Shown in pieces: positions 18,931-32,226 of a stretch of DNA of 64,000 nucleotides. The notes under the pieces were generated by a model. The model was not told the DNA's origin and did not search any database. It saw nothing but the letters and a program-made list of their open reading frames with translations. Within the stretch, counting starts at the first letter, position 1; each line of letters opens with the position of its first letter. The stretch lies in assembly GCA_046484345.1 (NCBI GenBank), contig JAWOJA010000007.1, forward strand, positions 11,206-75,205, given 5' to 3'. This DNA comes from Kiritimatiellia bacterium (GTDB lineage Bacteria > Verrucomicrobiota > Kiritimatiellia > CAIKKV01). The position numbers were made by a program, and so were the translations under genes.

Positions 18931-21900
18931 ATGAGGGGCATGGCAGAAACCGAGCAGGCGCGGATCGGCGATTTCCAAATCGAGGGCAAAATCGGCGAAG
19001 GCTCCCTCGGCACGGTCTTCAAGGCGGTTTGCCTCGCCGATGGGCCGCCCCCGTTGCGGAAAGGGCTGGCGGTGGCGCTCAAAAAGCTCCACCCGTCCGC
19101 GGATCTCACGCGCGAGATGAAGGCGTTGCAGGCCCTGGCCCATCCGCATATTGTCCGGTTTTTCTCCTGTTTTGTCTCCCGTCCGGGCGAGTGGGACGAA
19201 GCGCCGTTCCTGGTTACGGAACTCCTCGAGGGGTGCGACCTGGCCCGGCATTTGCAGGGATTCCCCTCCGGCCTTCCGTGGGAGGAGGCGAAACGGCTCC
19301 TGGACCAGACGCTGGATGCGCTGGCCTTTGCCGAATCCCAGGGCGTGACGCATCGCGACCTGAAACCGTCCAACCTATTTGTCTGCCGCGACGGCTCCGT
19401 GAAAATCATCGATTTCGGCCTGGCCCGGCGGACGGGCGGCACGGTGTCGGTGGCCGAAGCCGGCCGGGCGGGCGGCTTGACCGGCACGCTGGACTACATG
19501 GCCCCGGAATTTGCCCGGATCGACGGTTTCCGGGGAGATGCGCTGTCGGACCTGTTCAGCTTCGGGGTGCTGGCCAGCCAGATCCTGACCGGGCAGTTGC
19601 CGTTCCCTCCGCTGGGGGAGCATCCGGAAATCGCGTTCATCCGGCGTTGGACGGGGCCCCAGCCGCCGCGCGCCATCCTGCCCCGGCCCATTGCGTACGC
19701 CTGGGAGGGCGCGGGCCCCTTTCTGGCGCGAGTCCTGCATGTGAATCGCGAAGCCCGCTTCCCGCATTTTGACGCTGCCCGCGAAGCCTTGGCCGGCATC
19801 CGGCCGCGGGTGTTGGCGGGAGGCCGCGAGGTCTACACGCTGGAAGCGTTCGTGGCATCGGGCGGATTTTGCGATGTTTTCCGCGGGCGGGCGGAGCGCG
19901 GCGGCGGCCCGGTGGCGATCAAGCGGCTGCATGCGGGACGGCACGAATGGCGCTTCCGCCGGGAAGCGGGGCTGTTGGACGCGTTGCAGAGCCTCGAGCA
20001 TCCCGCCCTGGTGAAGGTGCATGAATTGGTGGAGGAACCCGGACCCGACGGGGCCCCCTGCCTGGTCATGGAATATTTGCCCGGCGAGGATCTGCGCCGG
20101 CGGCTGTCCGATGGCTGGGAAGCGGGCGGGCTTGCGCCGGCGGAAGTCGCGCGCCTGTTTATCCGTTACCTCGAGGGGCTTGAAGCCCTGCACCGCCGGG
20201 GAATCGCCCACCGTGACATCAAGCCCGCCAACCTGTATGCGCCGGTCGGGAAGGCCGGCGAGGCCAAGCTCCTCGATCTTGGCATTGCCTGCGAGAAGGA
20301 AGGCACGCTGTCGATGAACGGCATGCCGCCGGGAACCCTCGATTACATGGCCCCCGAACTCGCCTCCGGCGCGGGCTCGCGCGGGTCGCCGCAGGCGGAC
20401 CTGTTCGCGCTGGGCTGCAGCCTGTACGAGGCTTTGACCGGGCGCCCGGCCTTCAAGCGGCTGCCCCGCGAGGATGCGGCCGCCCTGCGGGGCCTGTGCG
20501 CCCGCTCGGAGAGCGAATCGGCGTTTCTGGCGGCGTTTGAGGGCTTCGAGCTGCCGGTGTTTGAGGCGCAACCCGAATGGGCGGCCGTGATCGGCCGAGC
20601 CCTTCAGTATAATCCCGAAATTAGGTACGGTGGCCGGGAAGAAGAGCAGGCGAAGGGCTGGCAGGGGGCGGGCGCCCGGGCGATGCGGGTGGACCTGGAG
20701 GCGCTTCTGGAGCAGACGGCTTCCGGCCCGGGAGGCCCCGTTTCCGCGGGGGCATCCGCGGCCGCGCCGCCCACCTCGGATTTGACGGTGGCGCTGGAGC
20801 CCCCGCCTCCACCTAAGCGACGGCGGCGGGTTTGGCTGGCGGCGGGCCTGGCGTTGCTGGCCGCCGCCGGTGCCCCGCTCATCTGGTCCGGCCTTCCGGA
20901 AGCGGAAAAACCGGCCGCGTCCGCCGTGTCGGAGCCGGTGCCGCTGCGGGAGCAAGTGGAGCCTCCGGTTCAGGAGCCCGCGGTTCGGCCCGATCCTCCG
21001 GCGGCTGAAGTTCCACCCGAACTTCCGACCCCGGCCCCGGTTGTTCCGGCGCCCGAGGCCCCGCGCGTGGTGATCCGGCCCGCCCCGGCCGCGCCCAAAC
21101 CAATTGCAGTACCGGTTGCGCCCGTTGCCTCCCGGCCGGCGGTCCCGCCGGAGCCCGCCGGGCCTGTGGCCGCAGCACCGGATATTCCGGCGCCGCCTAT
21201 TCCCGACCCGCCCCCGGCACCAGCGAGGGAACCGGTGGAGGCGGAATTGGGGCTGGAGGAAAAATCGATCGACGCCTGGCGCGACTGGCTTTTCCGGGTG
21301 AACGATCCGCTGCAATCGCTCACGTTGAAGCGCTATGAGCAGGGGCTGACGAGTCCCGCCTGGAAGGGGCAGCTGCCGTTCCTGCTGGCGGCCGAGCGGG
21401 AGGCCATGCCGGCGGGGTTGCGCTGGCGGTATGAACGGGCGCACGTGTGGGAACAGGCTGTTCCCGGATTGAATGGGGCGGCGGCCTTTCAGGCGCTGGG
21501 CAAGGCTTTGCGCGGCGTGGCGGAGCGGGCGCGGGCGGAGGATCCGGGAACGGCCGATCAGTGCCTGTTCGACAGCGCCCTGGTGGAATGGGACGGCCGC
21601 ACGCCGCCCGATCCGGGGAAACTGCCCGCGCTGCCCGAAGCGGGAATCTGGCTTGCCCATGCGCTGGCGGCGTCGGGCGACGACCAGGACTGCCGTGACG
21701 TGCTGGCCGAAATTGCCGGCTATGCGGGACAGCCGGGCGCGCAGATCCGGGTGGAAGACGCCTTGCTGGCCCTGCGGGCGGCCGACACCTGCCTGGGCGG
21801 GCTGGTGAGGGATATTCGCGAGAAAACCTCCGCGGACGTGGTCAAGCCCGGCACGGGCCGCGCGGTCCGGGACCCGGTGGCCGCCTATGCGCTGGCGGTG

Positions 21901-22206
21901 GAGCGCGTGAGGGAAGAGGCGGCGGGGGCTGTCCGGCGGCTGTTGATTGTGGCGGGCGCGACCGGGCCGGGGGTTGCCCGGGCTATGGAGGAACGCCTGC
22001 GGACTGGAGTTAAAAAGGGGACGGTTGGCGATTATGCCTGGTCCGTTTCCGAATTGGGAAAGACGCCCTGGCGGGAAAGCCGCCAGACAGGGCTGCCGCG
22101 GCCGGAACGGCTGGCGGCGGAGGACCGCGCCATCCTGGGCCATGTGCTGGGCTATTCGCCCCTGCCGAAGCGGCCGGAGGAGCTTCCGCTGGCCCGGTTG
22201 CGCTAG
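18931..22206 (+). CDS. Membrane-anchored Ser/Thr protein kinase with two tandem, apparently intact kinase domains
   Basis: Domain 1 has GEGSLGTV, VALKKL, HRDLKPSN, DFG, APE. Domain 2 has VAIKRL, HRDIKPAN, DLG, APE. A Pro-rich linker and one TM helix precede a ~430-aa C-terminal domain. Confidence 0.8.
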   Translation: MRGMAETEQARIGDFQIEGKIGEGSLGTVFKAVCLADGPPPLRKGLAVALKKLHPSADLTREMKALQALAHPHIVRFFSCFVSRPGEWDEAPFLVTELLEGCDLARHLQGFPSGLPWEEAKRLLDQTLDALAFAESQGVTHRDLKPSNLFVCRDGSVKIIDFGLARRTGGTVSVAEAGRAGGLTGTLDYMAPEFARIDGFRGDALSDLFSFGVLASQILTGQLPFPPLGEHPEIAFIRRWTGPQPPRAILPRPIAYAWEGAGPFLARVLHVNREARFPHFDAAREALAGIRPRVLAGGREVYTLEAFVASGGFCDVFRGRAERGGGPVAIKRLHAGRHEWRFRREAGLLDALQSLEHPALVKVHELVEEPGPDGAPCLVMEYLPGEDLRRRLSDGWEAGGLAPAEVARLFIRYLEGLEALHRRGIAHRDIKPANLYAPVGKAGEAKLLDLGIACEKEGTLSMNGMPPGTLDYMAPELASGAGSRGSPQADLFALGCSLYEALTGRPAFKRLPREDAAALRGLCARSESESAFLAAFEGFELPVFEAQPEWAAVIGRALQYNPEIRYGGREEEQAKGWQGAGARAMRVDLEALLEQTASGPGGPVSAGASAAAPPTSDLTVALEPPPPPKRRRRVWLAAGLALLAAAGAPLIWSGLPEAEKPAASAVSEPVPLREQVEPPVQEPAVRPDPPAAEVPPELPTPAPVVPAPEAPRVVIRPAPAAPKPIAVPVAPVASRPAVPPEPAGPVAAAPDIPAPPIPDPPPAPAREPVEAELGLEEKSIDAWRDWLFRVNDPLQSLTLKRYEQGLTSPAWKGQLPFLLAAEREAMPAGLRWRYERAHVWEQAVPGLNGAAAFQALGKALRGVAERARAEDPGTADQCLFDSALVEWDGRTPPDPGKLPALPEAGIWLAHALAASGDDQDCRDVLAEIAGYAGQPGAQIRVEDALLALRAADTCLGGLVRDIREKTSADVVKPGTGRAVRDPVAAYALAVERVREEAAGAVRRLLIVAGATGPGVARAMEERLRTGVKKGTVGDYAWSVSELGKTPWRESRQTGLPRPERLAAEDRAILGHVLGYSPLPKRPEELPLARLR

Positions 22207-22431
22207 CTGTGGTCGGTTGGACAGGGTGCGGCGTTTCGATCAGACGGACGCTGGCGATGCGATTTTGCGATGCTGGCGGTTGACGGCGAGGGGAGCTGGG
22301 CTCGTGCCCGCGAGCCTCCAGCCGGAAACCGGCAGCGCGCAAAAGCGCGCGGCAGGGAACGCCCGAAACGCCGCACCCAGCCCAACCGGGCATATAACCG
22401 CAACCATGTCGAATCCGCCGACGGCTTTCGC

Positions 22432-22460
22432 TTGAAGATCGGGACGGGAAGCGGTAGTGT
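22432..22460 (+). promoter_or_regulatory. Sigma-70-like promoter TTGAAG-N17-TAGTGT for the small-membrane-protein / sigma-54 activator operon
   Basis: Same -10 hexamer and spacer length as the promoters at 13018 and 44449. The ATG follows ~10 nt after the -10. Confidence 0.4.
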
Positions 22461-22469
22461 TTCACCACT

Positions 22470-22694
22470 ATGTACGAATTCTGGCTCTGTTTTATTCCGT
22501 TGTTTGTGGCCGTTCTCACCACCGGCATGCTGCTGGTCGGGCTGACGTTTCTGTTTGCCGATTCCATCACGCGCCGGCTGGGGCGCACGGGGACGAAGGC
22601 GATATCCAAGCCGACCAGCCTGTTTCTGGCGGCCATTGCCGTGATGCTGATGCGAAAGGGAATTGTCCTGGCCATTGCGACGGCGGGACCGTAA
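22470..22694 (+). CDS. Small (74 aa) two-TM membrane protein, hypothetical
   Basis: Two hydrophobic helices. Lies directly upstream of the FHA sigma-54 activator on the same strand. Confidence 0.4.
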   Translation: MYEFWLCFIPLFVAVLTTGMLLVGLTFLFADSITRRLGRTGTKAISKPTSLFLAAIAVMLMRKGIVLAIATAGP

Positions 22695-22704
22695 GGGGTG
22701 CCGG

Positions 22705-24510
22705 ATGAAGACAGGGGTGCTGGTCAGGCAGAGGGCGGATGGGCATATGCGGCCGTGGCCGCTGCTGAAGCCGCTGGTGCGCGTTGGGCGGGCGCTTTCC
22801 CATGATATTGCCCTGACGGACCCCAGCGTGTCGCGCGATCATGCGGTCATTGAGACCCAGTACGGCGCCTGGGTGCTGACCGACCGGGACAGCCGCAACG
22901 GCACGCGGGTGAACGGCGTGGCCGTGGCCCGGCGGCAGTTGAACGACGGCGATGTGATCGCCTTCGGCGATGTGGCCATGGTCTTTCACGTGGTCGACGA
23001 GGAGCCGGCGCCCTCAGCGGTGGCGGCCGAATCGCGTGTGGGGCTGGATCTCGACCGGCGAACGATCGTCGCGCCGGATATCGCCCCGGAGGCGACCGCG
23101 TGGCCGGGCGTGTATGCCTGGCAGATGCTCAAGGCCCTTTCCAGCATCCAGACCCGGCCGCTGGACGATTATGTGCGCATGGCGATCAACGATTTGTCGG
23201 GCATTCGCCATGTGACGGGCAACGGGGTGGGGCTGATGGTGGAGCCCGGGGGCGCGTGGAAATGGATCTGGCACGAGGGGGCGGACGCCTCCATCAAGAC
23301 CTGGTGCGCCACGGAAGAGGTGGCGGCGGAGGTGCGGGCCAATCGCGCCGTTTATCGCTCCAAGGGCGCGCGGATTGAGGTGGAGGAGCTGGCCGACGGC
23401 GCCGTGTTTCCCATTGCCACCTGCGGCCGCGTGATTGGCTGCCTGTGCGTGCAGGGGCGCGGCGTGTTTCCCTCCGCGCTGCTGGCCATTTTTCGTGTTG
23501 CGGCCGAGGCGGTCGGCACGGCCCTGGGCTTGCGGGAGGTCATGGCCCAGCGCGCCGCCGAGCCGGGCCGGGGTCCGGCGGATGCCCGGCGGGCTCCGGT
23601 GATTGTGGGGCGCGGGCCCGCGCTGCTCCAGGTGATGCGCCAGGCCGGCAAGGCGGCGAAGCACGATGCCACGGTTTTGATCCGGGGCGAAACGGGAACA
23701 GGCAAGGAGCTGTTCGCCCGGCTGATCGTGGAGGAGAGCCCGCGGCGGGAGAAGCCTTTTATTCCGGTGCACTGCAGCGCGATCGATGAAAATTTGCTGG
23801 GCAGCATGCTGTTCGGGCACGAGAAGGGCGCCTTCACCGGGGCCGTGGGGCTGAAGAAGGGCGTGTTTGAAGAGGCGGACGGCGGCACCATTTTTCTCGA
23901 CGAAATCGGCGAGCTTTCGCTTTCCATGCAGGTCAAGCTATTGCGGGTGCTGCAGGAGGGGGAGTTTATGCGGCTGGGGGGGACCAAGCCCCTGCGGGTG
24001 AACGTGCGCATCATTGCGGCGACGAACCGCGATCTGGAGAAAGCGATCCGCGGGGGCCATTTCCGGGAGGATCTTTTTTACCGGTTGAATGTCATTTCGT
24101 TGCGGCTGCCGTCGTTGCGTGAGCGGCGCGAGGACATTCCCGAGCTGGTGCGCCATTATGTGGAGCAGCTTTCGCGCGAGACGGCCCGGGGCGTCTGCAC
24201 GGTGAGCGAAGAGGCCATGGCGCGTTTGCGGGAATATGATTGGCCCGGCAACATCCGGGAGCTGCGCAATGTTGTGGAGCGCGGCCTGGTGCTGGCCGAA
24301 GGGGGCGCCATCACGGAGGACGACCTTCCCATCGAGGTGGCGGCCCGGGCGGCCTGGCCGTCTGGCGCGCCCGAAGGCCATTCCCTAGAGCGGATGGAGC
24401 AGGGGCATATTCAGAGCGTGTTGCGCGACTGTGGCGGCAACAAGCGCCTGGCGGCCGGGCGGCTCGGTATTAGCCGCAGCACGTTGTATGTGAAATTGAA
24501 GGGCGAGTGA
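22705..24510 (+). CDS. Sigma-54-dependent transcriptional activator (bEBP) with N-terminal FHA domain
   Basis: FHA motifs (GR...DI.L.D..VSR.HA, NGT.VNG). AAA+ sigma-54 interaction domain ([28 protein letters not shown]-like). C-terminal Fis-type HTH. Confidence 0.85.
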   Translation: MKTGVLVRQRADGHMRPWPLLKPLVRVGRALSHDIALTDPSVSRDHAVIETQYGAWVLTDRDSRNGTRVNGVAVARRQLNDGDVIAFGDVAMVFHVVDEEPAPSAVAAESRVGLDLDRRTIVAPDIAPEATAWPGVYAWQMLKALSSIQTRPLDDYVRMAINDLSGIRHVTGNGVGLMVEPGGAWKWIWHEGADASIKTWCATEEVAAEVRANRAVYRSKGARIEVEELADGAVFPIATCGRVIGCLCVQGRGVFPSALLAIFRVAAEAVGTALGLREVMAQRAAEPGRGPADARRAPVIVGRGPALLQVMRQAGKAAKHDATVLIRGETGTGKELFARLIVEESPRREKPFIPVHCSAIDENLLGSMLFGHEKGAFTGAVGLKKGVFEEADGGTIFLDEIGELSLSMQVKLLRVLQEGEFMRLGGTKPLRVNVRIIAATNRDLEKAIRGGHFREDLFYRLNVISLRLPSLRERREDIPELVRHYVEQLSRETARGVCTVSEEAMARLREYDWPGNIRELRNVVERGLVLAEGGAITEDDLPIEVAARAAWPSGAPEGHSLERMEQGHIQSVLRDCGGNKRLAAGRLGISRSTLYVKLKGE

Positions 24511-24667
24511 CGTTCCTGTCCGCGGGCGAAGCGTGGAGGGCGAGGCGCCGTCCGAGCCGCATAGCGGAGTTCTAGCGGGATGTGTTGTGGTTGGCTTCCA
24601 GATAAAGCCCTCAGGATGTAGTGCCGCTCTGTGAGCGGCATCGCAGTGTGTCTCAAACACCGGTCCC

Positions 24668-25831
24668 TCACAGCTTGACGTGATAGCGGACGCTGCGGCC
24701 GCCGCCAGTTGAAACAAAAACTTCTTTTTCGACCAGATCCCGGAGATCGCGCGTGGCCGTCGGTTTTGTTGTCCCGGTAATGGACTTATACTTCTCCGCG
24801 CTCATGCCGCCTTCAAAGCCGTCAGGGCCATCCTTCAGCATGCGGCGGAGCGCCTTGAGCTGGCGTTCGTTGAGTTGGTTCTGCACCCGATCGAACAGGC
24901 GGGTCTTTTTCAATGTGAATTCAAGGGCGGCCTCCGCCTGGTTTTGGGCCGTGAGAAGCATGCCCGTGAACCAAACGATCCAGGGGGTGATTTCATTCGA
25001 ACGCTGGCCCTGCTTAAGCGCGGCATAATAACTTGACCGATCGGTTTCGATGGATTTTGAAAGGCTCAGCAGCGCGGGCCGGCCGATGCCCTGAGAGACG
25101 GCCTTTTCCGCAAGCCCCCGTCCGATCCTGCCGTTTCCGTCTTCAAACGGGTGGATCGTTTCAAAATAGAGATGGGCGATGGCCGCACGCACCGGAGCCC
25201 ACCGGATTTCGCACGTGCCACCGGGTGCTGTCTTGTTGAACCAGGTGATAAAGCGTTTCATTTCACCCGGCACCTTTTCGGAAGGGGGGGCTTCAAAATG
25301 AACGGTTTCGTTGCCGACAGTCCCGGAAACAACCCGCATGGCCTCATCATGCTTACGCCATGCGCCGGAGCGAACGTTGCGGGATCCTTTCATCAGCATC
25401 ACGTGCCATGAAAACAGCGACTCCCGACTTAAGGGTTTCTGCCAGTTATTTCGAACGCAGAGCATCAGCTCGGCGATTCCCTCCGCCCGTTTATCGCCAA
25501 TCGGCTCCGCTGTCCTGTTCAGGCCCAGGTTATTCCGGATCGACGACAGCACGTCGGGTCGGCTGAGATACGCCCCCTCAATTTCGGAAGTTTTGATGGC
25601 TTCCGAAACCATCAGATCGATTATGGTTTCGCTTTGCACATTTTGCGGCATAGCATCCAGCAGTCCGCCCAGGCGCCCGGTTTTCTCTCTGAACGTCAAG
25701 AGCAGGCCTTCAAGCGCTTCCAGTTTGAACGTGAAGTTTGGCCAGTCCGATTGTTGCCAATTGTAACTCTTGAGGCGATTATATCCTTTATTCGGCTCAT
25801 GAAGCCCCCCTCCGCCGGGTCTTTTCCACAT
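24668..25831 (-). CDS. Fic-family protein (AMPylation/adenylyltransferase-type) with C-terminal winged-helix domain
   Basis: Canonical Fic motif HPFEDGNGRIGR. N-terminal DUF4172-like region. Visibly lower GC than its flanks. Confidence 0.85.
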   Translation of the reverse strand: MWKRPGGGGLHEPNKGYNRLKSYNWQQSDWPNFTFKLEALEGLLLTFREKTGRLGGLLDAMPQNVQSETIIDLMVSEAIKTSEIEGAYLSRPDVLSSIRNNLGLNRTAEPIGDKRAEGIAELMLCVRNNWQKPLSRESLFSWHVMLMKGSRNVRSGAWRKHDEAMRVVSGTVGNETVHFEAPPSEKVPGEMKRFITWFNKTAPGGTCEIRWAPVRAAIAHLYFETIHPFEDGNGRIGRGLAEKAVSQGIGRPALLSLSKSIETDRSSYYAALKQGQRSNEITPWIVWFTGMLLTAQNQAEAALEFTLKKTRLFDRVQNQLNERQLKALRRMLKDGPDGFEGGMSAEKYKSITGTTKPTATRDLRDLVEKEVFVSTGGGRSVRYHVKL

Positions 25832-25925
25832 TCGCTCCCTGGTGAATCACGAGCATTTCATTCGCGCTCCGGCGGTGAAAAAACTATCTTTCCCCTTCGC
25901 TTGGCGCTATGATAAAAAGCCTATT

Positions 25926-29449
<3,524 letters not shown>

Positions 29450-29453
<4 letters not shown>

Positions 29454-31387
29454 CCGTGGCATCCGCAGTCGGCACCGACCAATGGCTGCTTCGCGCCCCC
29501 GGCGGGCAGGAGTACGGCCCGGTCTCCTTCGATACGCTCCGCGCCTGGGCCGCGCAGAACCGCTTCACCGCCGGCTACGGCGTCTCGTCGAACCGCGCCG
29601 ACTGGCGCCCCGTGGAGGCCATTCCCGAATTGGGAATGGATTGGTTCGTGGAGCCCGGCGACGGCAACCGCTACGGGCCGTTCCATCCGCTCGCGTTGCT
29701 GGATTATGTCCGCGAGGGGGCCGTCCCCCCCGAAACCCGGGTGACCCACAAGTCCAACGGAGGACAGGCCCGCGCCTACCAGGTGCTGCTCGAGGCCTTC
29801 GTGGACGCCATCGACCAGACCGGCGAAGTGCAGGGCGAGCTCATCCAGCAGATCCAGACGCTGCAGGAGCGGCTCGAGGAGCGCGACCGCTGGTTCCAGG
29901 AGGAAAGCCGCCGGCTTCAGGCGGAGCGGGAAAAACGGCAGGAAATCGAACTGGCCGCCCGCCGTCTCGAGGAGCAGGCCCGCCCGCTGAACGAATTGAA
30001 GGGGCGCATAACCCGTTTGGAGGCCGAGCTGGCCCAGGCCCGGGCCGAGACGGAGGCCGAACGCAAAGCCCACCAGGAATCCCGCGCCCGGCTGGAGGAG
30101 AACGCCCGCCGTGAAAATGCCGAGGCGGTCCGTCGGGCGGCCGAACTGGAGCAGAAGTCGGCCGCGCTGCTGGCCGTAACCGAGGGTTGCAAGCGCGATG
30201 TTGAGCGCATGGCCGGCCGATTGGCCCAGGAGCGCGAGGCCCGGGAAACCGAAAAGAGGTCGCTCGTGGAGCAGGCCCGCCTCGCGGCGGAAACCCTCCA
30301 GCAGTCCCATGAACGGCGTCAGGCCGAAACGGAAGCGCGGCTCCAAGTCCAGGCCGCCGCCGAAGCCCGCGTGCGCGAGGAGCTATCCGTCCTGCGGGCC
30401 TCGCTGAAGGCCGACGAGTCCGGCGTTCAGCAGGAGCTGCTGAAGTCCCGCGAGGAGTCCCAGCGGCAGAAGCGGGAGCTGGATGCGCGGCTTCAGGAGG
30501 CGGAAACCCGGGCCGCCGAATCCGCCGTGTCCGCCAGCCGGGCGGAGGCGGAACTGGCCCTGCTCAAAGGCCGCGCCGAGCGCGCCCTGCAGGCGCGCGA
30601 GTCCGAGCAGGCCCAGGTCGAGTCGCGCGTGATCAGCGCCGGCGGCGAGCTGGAGGCCGCCAAGGCTCAGCTGAAGGCCGGGGAGGCGGAACAGGCGTTG
30701 CTGCGCGGTCAGCTTGAAAAGGAACGCAAGGCCCGCGCCGAGGATCAGGCCGCCATGGCTGCCCGGGCCGAAGCCGAGATTCAACAACGCGAAGCCCTCG
30801 GGGCGCTGACCCAGGAAGTCAGCGGCCTGCGGCGGGAGAAGGCCGATTTGACCCACCGGCTCGACAGCGTGCGGGCCCGGACGGAGGAAAACGCGCAGGC
30901 CGACCGGGAGCTGGCCGTGCTGCGCGGATCGCTGATTTCACTGAAAAAGGAACAAGCCGAGTCGGAGGCCCGCGCCCGGCGGCGGCTGGTGGAAATCGAC
31001 GAACGGCTGGGTCATGCGGTCCGCGCCGGCGAGGAGGCCGCGCGCGAGGCGGCCGCCGGCCGCGAGCGGATCCGGTTGCTCGAATCGCGCCTCGCGGAAA
31101 CCGCCCGCCCTGCGGCGCGCCCCGCCTGGGACTCCGGGCCCGTAACGGAAGCCGCGGTGGAGAGTTCGGCTCCGGAAGGCCGGCCCGTTTCGGAGCCCTG
31201 GCCCGCCGCGGAACCCCGTTCCGCCCCCGACCCGGTGCGCGTTCCGCCCCGCAAGGCCGGCAGCCTGGCCGGCTTGGAAGCGCAGGCCCAGGCCGAGTTG
31301 AAGGCCTGGCAGGAAAAGAAGCAGGTCCCGCCCGCCGTTGAAAATCCGCCCCGCAACAAAAGCTGGCTGCCCTGGAAAAAATCATGA
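29450..31387 (+). CDS. Hypothetical protein: two N-terminal DUF4339/GYF-like domains, long Glu/Arg/Ala/Gln coiled coil, Pro-rich C-terminus
   Basis: ATGA overlap with the dnaE stop. Repeated W..YGP...L..W motifs. Heptad-like ERA-rich central region. Confidence 0.5.
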
Positions 31388-32226
31388 GCCGTATTCACGA
31401 TCCCAAAAATGCGGGGGCTGACCCGGGCCGAGATGACGAGCGCGAGCCCGTTGGGACGGAGGAGTATCCCGCCCCCCGGCGCCGCCCCCGCCGCGAGCGC
31501 GGGGTTGTGCTTTTTGCCGACCGCTCCGGCTCCATTATCCGGGCCGGCGCGGATACGGACGAGGAGTCCATGCCGGTCCTCAACGCGTTCCGTCAGTTCC
31601 TTGAAGCGGAACGCCGGCGCTCGCGCCGGCAGCTGATCGCCCTGGTCTGCGTCTTCAGCGCCCTGGTGGCGGCGCTGCTGGGCTCGGGCGGGTGGTACCT
31701 GAAGACCCGCCTGGCCCGCCTGGAAAGCGGGATCGAGTCCGACAAGATCCGCAGCCAGGAGGATCTCCTGGCGTCGGTTTCCAACATGCAGAGCGTGGCC
31801 CGCGCCGCCGTGTCCCTTAAAAAGGATGTCGTCGACACGCGCAAGCTGTCGGCCGTGCTGAATGAAAAAGTGGCCGAACAGTCGGGCGAGCTGTCCAAGC
31901 TGATCGACACCATTACCACGCTCGAGATCCAGAACTCGCTGCTGCAGGGCTCCTTCCGGAAGATGGCGGGGGGCCGGCGGCCGGATCCCGCGCTCGACTG
32001 GGAAGCCTATCCGGCCCCCGTAACGACGTCCCCTGTTCAGGTCCAATCGCCGCCGGTCCAATCGCCTCCGGTTGCCGCGCCCCGGGCCGCGCCGATCCGC
32101 GAGGAGGCCAAGCCCATCCCCGCCTGGGAGCCGCCCCAGGCGCCCGGTCCGGCGGATCAAACGCCGGTTCCCGTCGACACCACCCCGGGGGGCGTGCCGT
32201 TCCGGCTGCCCCTCCCGCGGGGTTGA
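31384..32226 (+). CDS. Hypothetical membrane-anchored coiled-coil protein
   Basis: ATGA overlap with the upstream gene. One TM helix (LIALVCVFSALVAALLG), then coiled coil, then a Pro-rich tail. Confidence 0.45.
   Translation: MSRIHDPKNAGADPGRDDEREPVGTEEYPAPRRRPRRERGVVLFADRSGSIIRAGADTDEESMPVLNAFRQFLEAERRRSRRQLIALVCVFSALVAALLGSGGWYLKTRLARLESGIESDKIRSQEDLLASVSNMQSVARAAVSLKKDVVDTRKLSAVLNEKVAEQSGELSKLIDTITTLEIQNSLLQGSFRKMAGGRRPDPALDWEAYPAPVTTSPVQVQSPPVQSPPVAAPRAAPIREEAKPIPAWEPPQAPGPADQTPVPVDTTPGGVPFRLPLPRG

Noticed and set aside
19375-22143. 922-aa minus-strand ORF
   Set aside because: Antisense to the tandem Ser/Thr kinase. No motifs. GC-driven.
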